Source of the DNA: the human T2T-CHM13v2.0 reference genome, Homo sapiens | DNA: 64,000 bases | Assembly: GCF_009914755.1 (NCBI RefSeq) | Contig: NC_060946.1 | Reading direction: 5' to 3' (one strand) | In this document: piece by piece, positions 13,588 through 27,397 of the stretch | Layout: each line of letters starts with the position of its first letter | How positions within the stretch are numbered: the first letter of the stretch is position 1 | The notes under the pieces: model-generated | Database searches by the model: none | What the model was told of the DNA's origin: nothing | Seen by the model: only the letters and a program-made list of their open reading frames with translations | Made by a program: the position numbers and the translations under genes

Positions 13588-16580
13588 CGAGCCACCCTCA
13601 CTTCTTGTCTGACATGGAAGGGAACCAGAGGCTCCCATAAGCCACTGAGAGAGACACAGAAGTTAGCTGAGACTCAGACAGGGGTGCTGGCCAAGGAAGG
13701 TTGTTGCCCCAGGGCCAAATGGCCTTCAACCAGGGGCTACTCGCATTCAGGCTGCCCGGGCAGAGCAGAGTGGGGGTGGCATCATTCTGAGAACAAGGCA
13801 GGGCTTGGTAAGAAGGGCTGCAGACTGTGCTCTCCGGAGCCTTCCCTATGCTCAAAGGACACAGCAGTCATGAACTGGGCTCCAGTGTCACTCATCAGCT
13901 GAATGCTTGGGACAGGATCAGGCCAGCCCCTCCTCAATGCATGCCAGCCAGGCACAACCAAAGTGCAGACCTACAGCCCCCCAGTGGAGAATGGCCAAGG
14001 ACCATGTCAGAAGACCTTCACCCTCTCTCCCCTTGCCACCCTAAGTCTCTGGCATTGTGCTGGCACCTTCAACAAACACTTCTCTTTCCCCTCCTGTCTT
14101 CCTAGGACAGTGTTTGCATCTTACTCATCCTGAATCTCCCTCAGTGCCCTGCAGAGAGTAAGTGCCTCACACAGTGCTTGATGAGTGGATGAAGGTAGCC
14201 TTGTTAAAGCCTCTGGGATGGATTTGAGGACGTTAAAGCATGCTGAGGGGGAGGAGAGAGAAAAAAGGAGGGTGGGCCGGGAGTCGGGAGGAGACCTCTC
14301 CATTCTTACGGTGAACAGGCCAAGTGAGGCAGAAGGAGAATAAAGGCAGAGCCTAGGGTGAGGGCAGGGGGGCTGCAGACACCCCTAGAGCCCAGGAGAA
14401 ACCAAAGGAAGGTGGTCGGTGACGAGCAGGTGGGAGATCCCTGGGTAGGCTGTGCTGGCAGCACCCTGTGCTCATAGCTGGTGTTTGACTTCCCCCAACC
14501 CCGCTTTCGGGTGGATGGGTGAGAGAAGCAAGTGTGGCCCAGCAGGCTGCAGAGTGAGCTGGTGTCTGTGAGAGGCAGGGGTCCTCCTGGAGACTGGGCC
14601 TTGGGTCAGCGAGGGACATGCTGACCCTGCCTTGGCAGGTTAGAAGCTGGACAGCCAACAGCCCTTCCATGATGGCAAAAATACACATCTCTCACGCTCA
14701 TTGAAGGCTTTGCAATTTACACAGGCTACAGGATGACTGTGGAGTCGCCCATCCCATCCATAAGGCATTTCAGGCAGGTACCATGATCAACAGATGCTAT
14801 TACACCCCCATTTGATGAGTAAGGATGTTCGTGGTGACAATGGGATTTAGGGTGAACATGGGGTCGGGATGTGTACAAAGATGAGGGTGCACTTAACTTC
14901 CCCTACTGCTAAAAAAGGGACGTTGAGCTGGAGCTTGAAGAATGAGCTGTTGTCCATCTGAGGGAGAAGGCAGAGAAAGGACATTTCAGGCACAGTGAAC
15001 ATGTGTGAAAGGATGGGGGCGTGAGGAAGCATGTTATATGTAGCGATAATAACAGGAATGATTGCTAACATACATTGCGAGCATACCACATGACAGGCGC
15101 TATTCGGACTTCACATACTGAACTCAAATCCATTCTCACGACAGCCCAGTCTGGTAGATGCTAGCATGAACTCCATTTTATAGATGAGGAAATGAAGGCA
15201 CAGGGAATTAAGTGATTTCCTTAAGGTCACAATGAGAGCAAGTGGTGAAGCCAGGACTGGAACCTACTTGAGGGACAGGCGTCCTAACAGTGTAACCAAG
15301 GTGAGTAAGGGCTAAGCAGGAAGGGATGAAGTATGTAGCTAAAGAGTTGGAGTGGGGTGATGATAAGGGAAGATATTTAGATTTTATCTAAGAGGCAATA
15401 GGGAGCCATTGATGGTCTAAGCAGAAGAGTGTTAGAAAGGTCCATGTGGCACAGGAAAGAGGGAAAATTGAGAGAGAGAATGAAGCCACGAAGAGTGTGC
15501 TGGGGAGACAGCCAGATCCTTTATTGTTACATGTAAGCCAGATTGCTTCTTCCATCTGGGTAACCATCACCCACTCTGGAGCTCAACTTCAGAACATGGG
15601 TTATACTATTTCACAAACTCTTCCTGGGAGACAAGAGCTCCACCTGGACCTGTGACATGACTGGTACCTCCCACATCACATTCTGTGCACCCAGTAACTG
15701 CATTTGGCTCTGTTTTCCTTGGATTGCTAGACATTCTTTACCTCTTTATTTAATGCACTAGGTGGTGTTCCTTTTCACCCTAGGAGCACAGGATAGTATT
15801 AGAGTCCTTGAAAAGGTGTTTCAGATATTCTTAGTGGGAAGCTCTTCCACTGGGTGTGACCCTGGACAAATGCCTCCTCCATACTTTTTTTGCTGCCTGT
15901 CTTGTTTCTCATATATACATGGGCAGGCAACCTGGATTCTGCCAGGCAACCAGGTGGCAAGTTGGCCCGCCCACCAGTCCCAGTTCTAAAGAGTGGCTGT
16001 GTGACTTTGGTGAAGTCACTGTGTCTCCCTGGGATGCATCTGAGAGGAAGGAGGCTGTACTAGACAATACAGGCAATACCTAAACTGTCCTCCAGCAAAT
16101 CATGTTTGCTGTTTCCAGAATCTTTACTTCCGAGAGTCTAATTTTATTCAATGGTTCAATGTATATTTGTAGAGTCAGGCATGGTGCTAGGGATATGGTG
16201 GTGCAAGATAGAAAGAACCCTTGCTATCATTCTCACTGATCATATTCAGTAACTGATCCCATTGAACATCCATGCATTGAGCACCCATTACCTCCTGGAT
16301 CTGCTGCTAGAGGCTATGAGAGGCATAGAGAAGATGAAGATATGGTGCCTGCTCTAAACTAGCTTTTCCTCCAAGTTCACCTCCTTAAAGGGAGACAGCC
16401 AGCTGAATGTGGTCAGGAGGACTCCTTAAAAGGCGCTCCTTTTGCTCATCACCTGTAACTTCAGTCAAATAAGTAGCCGTGCCAAACCTGGTTTCTTTGG
16501 GGCATGGCTTCCAGGTCAGTGCGTCTCTGACACTTGCCCCAGGTGCAGCAAAGTTGCGAAATGGACACGGCTCCGTGTGC

Positions 16581-16594
16581 CCACCAGATGGCGG
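16581..16594 (+). promoter_or_regulatory. CTCF core motif (forward orientation)
   Basis: CCACCAGATGGCGG is an exact match to CCASYAGRKGGCRS, in non-repetitive DNA with several retained CpGs. Confidence 0.65.
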
Positions 16595-19324
16595 CATTCT
16601 AGCATATTCCCTAACAGCTGGGGTCATTGAGAAACAGCACCCTGTGTTGGTGGAGGGAAGAGACCACTTCCTCTCTAATCCAGGGCCCATTCATACTGAT
16701 CTTCTGGAAAGTTCTGGGGTTAAGGGGCTGGCGGGGAAGGAATGGTGGTCGGGCAAAGGAAAATGGCGCTAAATGCTCCATCCAACAAACATTTCTGGCT
16801 GCCTTCTGGAGCTCCCCTTGTCCCCAAGTCTGCATTTGGTGATAAATTTGCATCATTACTTATTTACCTGTCATTCTCTTTTGTCCAGTTGGCGCCATGT
16901 CTATTTCCTCTTGGGATCCATGGTGCCTACGCAGAGTCTGGCCCAGAGCAAGGATTAAGGGTCTTGGCCGAAAAAAAGTGAAGCTTATTTTAAGCAAGAA
17001 CTTAAAACAGACTCTCACCTAAGGACCACCACCCAGGCGAGGGCTTCTTGGGCCATTAACATCCTTGACCTCAAAGATGGAAATTGCAAGATGGGAGACT
17101 GAGAGTGCCGTTCAAGGTTCCCTAATGTGAGCCATTGGAGACATGGCTGGGATCAACTTTAACCTATCTCTGCTCAAAAGGTGTCAACCTTGTCCACATC
17201 AGCCAGGATGTCAAGGTGGAGAGGATAGAAATTCCGGATCTGGCTGAGTCTAGTGCCCACCAGAGAAAACTTTGGCCTTTAATCTGGGATTTTTACATCA
17301 TTTTCTTCTCTAACAGAGGGAGAGAGAGGGGCATGAGTTGGGTCCACCAATTGGGACAAGCAGGTCCAACCTGCTTCTCTGCTGTCTTCAATTCCATTCA
17401 GACCCCTACGCCCTGCTGCCTAGCACCTCCACCTTCCCCTCTGGGGCTCCAGCAAAGAGGAAGGCAGTCAGAACCACTCCAAAGGGTCCAATCTCCTTGC
17501 ATTCCAGCCCTGGCCAAAGTCAGCCCGGGAACAAGTGGAGAGCCCCTCTTGAAGGAAGTGATTCAGAAACCATGATGGCCTGGCGGCCCGCCGTGACTCA
17601 CAGCACATCAATGGGGGAATTGTCTGTAGAAGCCGAGAATTCCAAAGCTCTTTTCTTTCCTTTCTTACTTACTTTCTTTTTTTTCTTTCTTTCTTTCTTT
17701 TTTGCCCTCCCCTTGGCGGCATTGTGCAACAGCAGGGCTGCCCAGAAACATGTGGTTTTCATCATTGGCTCCACAGCTGCCCTAGAGCACTGTGGAGAAA
17801 ATAAGATGGAGAGGGAACAGGATACAAGGGGACCTGTCGCGGTCAAGCAGGGTCCTTCTCTTTCCCCCCACCTTTCTTGTCAACACCAACATCCTCAAAG
17901 AGCATCTGGAACGGAAGGGAATAGAATTTTGGATCTGGGAGAAAACTTAGAGTATGTCTCATCCAATAACTCTATGTACAGATGAGGAAACTGAGGCCTC
18001 AAGAGGGGACGTAAGTGGCTTGGCAAATGTCCACAGCCAAGTTGCATCTTGCATCTTGCTGCAGTGACTGACTTTTCTTAGCCTCCAAGTCAGGAAATGT
18101 AGTTTGACAAAGGATAATTTTTTTCCATGGAATGTGACAGATGAAAAGTCATACCAAGTTTAGTTATAAATCTCTCCATTGTCCCTTTCCCCTTATCTAC
18201 CAGTCTAGGGAGTCTGTTTTACCCGGAGTCATCTGTGGGGACACGTGCAAAATCTAAAGGTCTTTTTGCAGTTGTCATCTGATTGGTCATCTCTGTAGCA
18301 TGTGAATTAATGTCCACAGGTTTCCAGGTATTCCCCCTATGCATCCACTCCTACCTCTGCAACGTCTCCTTTTCGGCATTCTTTTCTCCTCCCTTGGCTC
18401 TCAGATGCCTTAGTTCTATAGGGCTGTCTTATCTTAACTCATATCCATGTTCACGGTTTCAGTGGCTATCATTCAGCTGAGGACTCCCAAATCTTATCTA
18501 TAGTCTGTTCATCATTCCTGAGCTACAGACGTGTACATACAGCTGCCTTCTCAGTGCCTTTCTTGGATTCCCCAGATGGAACTCATCATTTCCCTCCATA
18601 GCTCTTTGACTACTTTGATTTTATTACCAAGTAACTATGGGACCAATATAGTCAGTGTTCCAAAGCACATGCTTTGGCATCTTATTGACCTGGGCCTGAC
18701 TCCCAGATATGCCACTTAACTGGCTACGGGTCTTTGGCCAAGTTACTGACCTTTCCAAGTTCCTCATCTGTAAAATGGGGGTAATAAAAATACCTACTTC
18801 ATAAGGCTGTCATTAAGAGGAAATGAGTTAATACAATAGCATTAACACAATGCCTGGCACATAATAAATACTCAATTACTGCTGAGCTGTTATTTTTATT
18901 ATGTACCTCAGCATCCTCCCAACTTGAGCCACACTGAATTCTTAGCACTTAAAATATTTACTGACCACATATGTGTTCCAAGCACTGTGCGTGGTATAGA
19001 ATTACATGAGTGGATAGATGAATTTTCTGTTTTAAAATTGCCTTACAAAGTATCCCCATTTTACAGATGAGGAAGACAATCACTTTCTGAGAAAAGCAAA
19101 CAACCAACCAAGAGATTCCCTCATGTTCCTTCTTACTAGCCAATAATTTATACTGAATATGATGACACAGAAAAAAAGAAAAAGGTAGGCCAATTCATAG
19201 TTCACTTTTCTTTTAGTCCTTACTTACTCAACAGTAAGCCTCAAGTAGAGGGGGTTGGAAGAATGTGTGTGCATCCAGAAGTGAAATAAAAACAGTTGAG
19301 TTAGTTTTGTGTAGCATGGTTGTG

Positions 19325-19836
<512 letters not shown>

Positions 19837-20671
19837 GCATGTAGGAACTATGAAATATGAATTGTGTAATTTTATTGATTCTGCTTATGAGTTCAATGTT
19901 TTCATATTTGCATTTAAAATTTTGCATTGCACAATGTAAAAGTAAATGGTAAAATCCACGTGAATAATGTAAAATTTCATTTATTTATTTTACCTAGAAT
20001 GATATTAAATAGCAATTAAAACAGCATTATGACAAGTCAAGAGAGAGATAGTGGAAGGAAAGAAAAAGCTTTATATTTAGTATCTTTAACAGCATTCCCC
20101 CCCCACACTGCACATTTTGAAAAAGGGATCCTGCAAATTATGTAGCCATCCCTGACTAAGATAGGGAAATGTCTTTGAATTTTAGACTTGAGAAGAGACT
20201 ATGAAAAGTCTCTCAGAGAACCCTGCTCTGCTCACCACCCATCATATTGTATGTGAAGATGGTAAGAGCTACAGGGAGTCTTAAGGTCACACAGGGAGCA
20301 AGTAGATAAACCAAGACTGGTGCCCATGCCATCTGACTCCATTCCTTCCTAGTCTAGCATTCTTCACCTAATGTGTGCTCTTCCTTCTGTCAGAAATCCC
20401 ACCTTATGACTTGGAGATAAGATTTCCCCTTTGCAATTGAAACCATCCAATCAGTACTTGGCTGATGATGTGCAATTGATATGCCTTCCATCCAAGGCCA
20501 GGGAGACTTGGCCAGCACTTGGTTAAAAGTAATAAATAGTTTTCAGGGGAAAATCTAGTGGTCGGTGTTTTAGTCCTTGTCTTTCTTGACCTAACAGCAG
20601 CATTTATTTATTTATTTATTATTTTTTATTTCCATAGGTTTTTGGGGAACAGGAGGTGTCTGGTTACATGA

Positions 20672-21077
<406 letters not shown>

Positions 21078-21156
21078 AATTTGTAGTCTTTTATCCCTCA
21101 ACCCCTCCCACCCTTTCCTCCCGAATCCCCAAAGTCCATTGTATAATGTATAATTC

Positions 21157-21500
<344 letters not shown>

Positions 21501-21774
21501 TAGCTCCTACTGATGAGTGAGAACATATGATGTTTGGTTTTCTATTCCTGAGTTACTTCATTTAGAATAATGGTTTCCAATTCCATCCAGGTTGGTGCAA
21601 ATACCATTATTTTATTCCTTCTTATGGCTGAGTAGTATGCCACAGTGTGTGTATATATATATATATATATGTCTCACATATATCACAGATTTTTATCCAT
21701 TAATTTCATTGATTAATAGGCATTTGGGCTGGTTCCATATTTTTGCAATCGCGAATTTTTAGCAGCAGAATTTA

Positions 21775-22960
21775 ATCACGCGCTCTTCTGTCAAACACTT
21801 GTGTGTTTTGGCCTTTAGGACCCAACCTCCTACCTTGCTGGCTGCCCTCCCTTAGTCGCCATCACAGATTCCCCTCTACCTTCCTGACTTTGTATCAGTG
21901 AAGTGTCTCAGGGGTCAGCTCTCAGACCTTTTCTCTTTTTCTGTCCATACTCATTCCTTTAGTAACCTCATGTAGCCTAATGACTCTTAACACTATCTAT
22001 ATGCTGATTACTCATCTGTTTATACTTCTAGCCCTGACCTCTCCCTGAATTTGTTCTAACATGTCTAACTGCTTTCTTGACATCTGCACTCTGATGTCCA
22101 ACGAAATCACACACTATATCTGTAACTGAGCCCTTGAATCTCTCCCCCAGCTCCAAACTAAGTCCTACTTCAGTTAATGGCAGCATCAGGTCAAAACCCT
22201 GCGGCTCTCTCGATGCTTTCTCATCTTTCACACCTCACACCCAATCCATGAGCAAATCCTAAAGCCTCTACCTTCAAAATACATTCAGAATATGGTCATT
22301 TTCCTCCACCATTACTGCTTCACCTTGGCCCAAATCACCTGCATTATGCCAGTAATCTTTGAATTGGTCTCATTTTGGTCCTCATCTCTCTTTTACCCAG
22401 AAGGGTCTCCTTGAACCACAAGTCGGAGTGTGTCACTCCTCTATTCAAAACCTCTCAATAGTTTCTCATCTTACTCTAAAGAATAACCCAAACCAAACAA
22501 TCCAAACAAGCCACAGAGCCTGACAGCCTTCAGGCATTCAGCCACCAGGGCCTTAGGACTTCAGCTCTCTTGTCCCCTTTGTCCCCTCTCTCACTCTGCT
22601 CTGGCCATGTGGCCTCCTTGCTCTTTCTCCAACTCACTGAGGACTCTCCCACCTCAGGCCCTTCGTCCTTGCTGGCCCTCTCCCTGGAATGCTCTTTCCC
22701 CAGGAATCTGGAAGGCTCCTTCCTTCACCTGCTATGGGTCATTATCAGATGTAACCCCTCTCATGAGGCCTTCTCTGGTCACCTTGTTTAACACGGTGGC
22801 CCCTTCTGCTCCCCATGCACATTCCCCATCTCCCATCCCTGATTTTTATTCCCCATAACACTTATCTCCATCTAACATGCCATCCAGTTGACTTTATTTT
22901 CTGTTCATTGTCTGTTTCCCCCTGTTGGAATGTAATTGCTTATTTGTCTGTCTTGATGTA
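21775..22960 (+). mobile_element. L2 (long fragment)
   Basis: L2 motifs ctatatgctgattactc, cccaatccatgagcaaatcc, ctggaatgctctttcccc. Confidence 0.75.
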
Positions 22961-23182
22961 TTTTGTTCAAATATCTAAGCCTGCCTTGCGGTGGGCTGTG
23001 GTCTAGGTAACGTGATGGCCAAGGATTTACCAAGGAATAATGAACCACCTCCCCACCTCGACCAAGCTCCATGAATGTCTTTGACTCCATATTCCAGCCT
23101 CTACCTGGAATGTCCTTTGTCTGTTTCTCTGAATACCATGCCATCCTTCAAGGTCTGGTTGAAAAGTGATCTCCTCACGGAA

Positions 23183-23230
23183 CACAAGGTCAGGAGATCA
23201 AGACCATCCTGGCTAACACAGTGAAACCCT
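23183..23230 (+). mobile_element. 48-bp internal Alu left-arm fragment
   Basis: cacaaggtcaggagatcaagaccatcctggctaacacagtgaaaccct, with no tail and no TSD. Confidence 0.85.
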
Positions 23231-23296
23231 GCTAAATTATGCCCCTTTTTGTTTTATTCACAGACTTTAGAACCAAATCTCAGGGTAACATACAAT

Positions 23297-23492
23297 CTCT
23301 CTTCCTTCCTTCCTCCCTTCCTTCCTTCCTTCTTTCATTCCTTCTCCCTCACTCGCTCACTCCTTTCCTCCCTTTCTTTCTTCTCCATTCCTTCTTCCTC
23401 ACTCACTCACTCCCTTCCTCCCTTGCTTCCTTCTTTCATTCCTTCCTCCTTCCCTCCCTCCCTTTTCCCCTTTCTTTATTCTCTCTTTCCTT
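23297..23492. repeat. (TTCC)n-like polypyrimidine low-complexity tract
   Basis: Seen directly in the sequence. Confidence 0.9.
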
Positions 23493-23944
23493 CCATCATG
23501 CTTTCTGTAAGACTGAAGGGATCATACTATGTATATCATTTGACACTTAGTTTTTTTCAAGATGACAAATATCTTGACATATTTTTCTATCAGCATGGAG
23601 TAGCCTATAGTACTAAAGTTTATTAAACCAGTCCCTGCTGATCACACAAAAGTATTGCAAAGTCTTGGCACACCGTCTTTGCGCACTTGCTTAGGTTTTT
23701 GGGTAGGTCAAGTTCCTTAAAGTGGGTTGCTGGGTCAAAGGGGATGCACATTTTTATTTGCTAAATTGCTGGGTTGCCTTCCAAATCCATACCACTGTAT
23801 ACTTTAGTATGTGTTCATTTTTATCTCCATAAGGCATCATATAAGAGAGCTCTCCTTCTGCATTTCGCTTAGGTTTTTGGAAAAGTCAGTCAGTCAAGGT
23901 CGGGAAAGAAGAGGATCGGGGAAGGCTTCCAAGAGGAGATCACT

Positions 23945-24253
23945 TTTCTTTCTTTCTTTCTTTTTTTTTTTTTTTTTGAGACGGAGTGTCGCTCTGTCGC
24001 CCAGGCTGGAATGCAGTGGCGCCATCTCTGCCCACTGCAAGCTCCGCCCGGGTTCATGCCATTCTCTTGCCTCAGCCTCCCGAGTAGCTGGGACTACAGG
24101 TGCCTACCACCGTGCCCAGCTAATTTTTTTGTATTTTTAGTAGAGACGGGGTTTCACCCTGTTAGCCAGGATGGTCTCCATCTCCTGACCTGATCCGCCT
24201 GACTCAGCCTCCCAAAGTGCTGGGATTACAGGTGTGAGCCACCGTGCCCAGCT
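23945..24253 (-). mobile_element. AluY
   Basis: Antisense AluY with two small internal deletions. No evident TSD. Confidence 0.93.
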
Positions 24254-24438
24254 TGGTTGTTCTTTACTTTATGCTCCTTCACAGTGTTTGAATTGTATAC
24301 AAGGACACTTTTACCACAAGGAGTGATATAAATGTTTGAAAAATCACCTCATAGATGCAGAAGTAGAAAGTATACATGAAGAGTGTAAATTAGGTTTTAC
24401 TTTAAAAGTAATCAATTGTTTAGAAGTGTTAAAAGAAA

Positions 24439-24676
24439 CTGTGGATGAGAAATTGTTACATAATTATCTTTTCAATGAAAATGACAATCGGTTTTGTTTC
24501 TCCTCACTTCCCTCATTTCCACCCCCCCTTCCTTCACTCCTTTCCCCTTCTCTTTCCCCTCTTCCTGTGGATGAGAAATTGTTACATTGTTATTAACTTT
24601 TCAGTGAAAATGACAATCAGTTTTGTTTCTCCTCACTTCCCTCATTTCCCCCTCCCTCCTCCCTTCACTCCTTTCC
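24439..24676. repeat. Two-copy tandem duplication, period 126 bp
   Basis: ctgtggatgagaaattgttacat..tgaaaatgacaatc..ttttgtttctcctcacttccctcatttcc starts at 24439 and again at 24565. Confidence 0.92.
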
Positions 24677-25754
24677 TTCCTTTCTCCTTCTCCTTCTCCT
24701 TCCCCTCTTCCTTCCTCCTCCTTCCTCCACTCCTGCCTTCCCTTCTTCCTTTGTTGTTGTTGTTGGAAGCTGCAGGTATTTCAAGGAGCCAGCAATCCCA
24801 TTGCAGAACTGATGTAAAGGGACAAACAGCATGGAATTAGGGCTGCCCAAATGTAATGCATGCTACACAAAAATGCTTCCAGTGAGTCTATCTGGGGATG
24901 AGGGCAGGGAGAAGGAGGAGAGGTTGGCTTTTAGCTTCACATTGTCCCCGTGCACTCCTGGACCTGCCATCTGCCCCATGAAAGGCCCCAGTGTTCAGAT
25001 TGCTGCTGCTGAAACTCCCCTTAGGATCCAGAGTGGGCCCAGGCTCATGGTGCCCTGTGTTCTAGGAGCCACATGATTTCACAAACTCACCCTTGCATTT
25101 GCTACATTCTTAGCAGGGCCCTGGAACAAAGGAGACATTGAATAAAAACAGTTGACATTTATTAAGCTCTTACTATTATGTGCCTGACTTAGGTTACCTT
25201 TTATAATTTCTCAAAAATCCTATGAGGCAGGTATGTAAATCTATATTTTGCAGATACAGAAACTGAGTCATAGGCTAAGTAATTTCCCTAGGCTTGTAGA
25301 TCTGGGATTTGAAACCGGGTTCTTAGACACTAAGGCTAGTCCTTTAACTACACCCTTTACTGCCTCCAAAAATTATGCTGAATGCTCTGATACCCTGTCA
25401 GGAGATATTTTTCTCTAATAAAATAGGGATGGGAGGTGTGTGTTGGGGGAGCTTTCTAGCTTGTCATTCCTTATGGGCCAGCAGGTTGGTGAGGATTAGA
25501 GCCAAAAATCTTTGGGGAAGAGAAAAATGGAACCACATGGTCTGTTCCTGAATTCTCCAACAGATCCCTTTGGTCCCAACCTCCAAGTGAGGCTCATTTT
25601 ATTCTCTCTAGCTCTACACCCTAGTTTCTCTAGTCTGGAGTCATAAACACTGGTGTATGCAAATTAGGCATCAGAGAAAAGAGAACGGCTGTCATTTGCT
25701 ACAGTTGGAGTAACCACTAGAAAGATGGCAGAATCTGTAAAAGAAGAGAGCGTA

Positions 25755-26285
25755 ACAGTGACAGCAGTGGTGGGCACGTTGTTCTCTAATGCCCATTCTC
25801 CCTTGTTCCAAGGTTAAAGAACTCCTAATTTGTAGTTTTATACATGGTTGTCCAGAGTCAAAGCTGTATATTCCAGACTGTTTTCAAATTAGTTGTGACC
25901 ATATGATTATGTTCTGGTAAGATTTAAGTGGAAGTGTCATCTGATAACTGCTGGGAGACTTCCTTAAAGGGGAGCTGACACATTCTCTCCCTTCTTCTTC
26001 ATCCTTTTTTTCTTTCTGTTGGATGAAATGCAAATTGGATGGCAGGATAGGGCAGCCATCTTGGGCCATGAGGCAGGTATAGCAATACCTGTACTTTTCA
26101 GATAAGAAAACTGAGAATGCAATGAAAGCAACAAGCTAGAAGGAGCTTGACTCCCTGAGGTCTTCATGGAACAGTGTCATTATACTAGCCCCAGACTGCT
26201 TACTTCTGGACTTCACTGCATAAGAAAATTAAACTTGTATCATGTTTAAGGAATATTATTTTGGGCCTCTGTTACTTATACCATT
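25755..26285 (+). mobile_element. MLT1J-like LTR
   Basis: gttgtgaccatatgattatgttctgg, ggcagccatcttgggccatgagg and aaattaaacttgtatcatgtttaag. Confidence 0.7.
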
Positions 26286-26539
26286 TAATATACATCATCA
26301 CGGCTTCTTGGAAAGATTTCAGGATTGGTAATGAGATTTGTTTTATTTCCATCTTTTCCCCTAACTTATACGCTTCTAAGTTCTCTTGTTCCCAATATAG
26401 AAATTAGAACTAGATATATCTCCCTCACATGCATTGATTTTTATATTATAGTAAAATACATTTCATAAAAAGGAGAATAGAGATTTGAGGAGTGGATGCA
26501 AAAAAGTCTGAGGGAATCTGATTACACTGGTATATTTTG

Positions 26540-26920
26540 GCTTTAGGCTATAGGGGGGAAAAGATCCTGCTTAATTAATTAATATAAGCACAAAACAGAG
26601 AGAGGATTAAACATTCAAGTTACAGCAAGACCAGAGATGACGCTGGGTCTCTGAAAAGCTGGAAAGAGGGATCCTCTGTTGTCTTTTAACCCTACTTCTC
26701 TATCGTTTGGATTCAGTCTTTGTTATGGTGGCTTTGTGGCTTCTTCCACAAGGTGAGTTTTGTATCTTACAGCATTAGGCATTGAAGAGGGATGACTCCC
26801 TTTCTTCACTGTGTTGTGAGGACTCTCAGGGAAGAGCTCTAACTGGCCAATCTTGGTTCAGCTGCTCTTCCTAGAGACCTATCAGTCATTGCCAGGAAGC
26901 ATGCTGTGCAAAAGAACTGT
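26540..26920 (-). mobile_element. MLT1K/L-like LTR remnant
   Basis: agggaagagctctaactggccaatcttggttcagctgctcttcc..atcagtcattgccagg resembles antisense MLT1. Confidence 0.45.
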
Positions 26921-27397
26921 TCTTGCAGAATGTGGCTATGTGGATTGTATATAACGAGCATGTGCTACTTTTATCGTAAGTGATGAGATGAATGTCTGGA
27001 GTAATGAGGTAAGTGTGGGACGTGGTGAGTAGGAGGGCATGGGGGGATTCCCCCCTTCCTAAAAAGGCAGCGCTGACAGCACACCCCTAGGTGACCACTA
27101 CGGTGTTCAGGAATAGCAAGAGCAATTCTATTGACAACGGAGCAAAGTGTGGTGGACCGGGTGGAAGTCAAGAGACGCGGATTCTAGCCCTGGCACCATA
27201 AGGCTATTTGGCACATCTCTTTCTTCAGTGGGTTTCAGTTTACATATCTGTCAAGTGATGATGTTAAATCAGCTTGAACTAGCTCAGTTGTTTTCAAAGC
27301 TTTTTTTCGTTTACAGAGGTTTTTGGGGTGCACGGGTTAGGGTGCTAGGGATCCTCACTAGATCTTCTTTCCATTCTCTACAAAACCCGCCCATTTT

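Noticed and set aside
13974-15960. Weaker CTCF-like motifs at ~13974 and ~15947 (also ~47018)
   Set aside because: They mismatch at informative core positions, at a level expected by chance.
17338-17985. Longest ORF (215 aa), with a hydrophobic Phe-rich stretch
   Set aside because: It starts at TTG, the Phe run comes from a T-rich low-complexity tract, and there is no recognisable domain.
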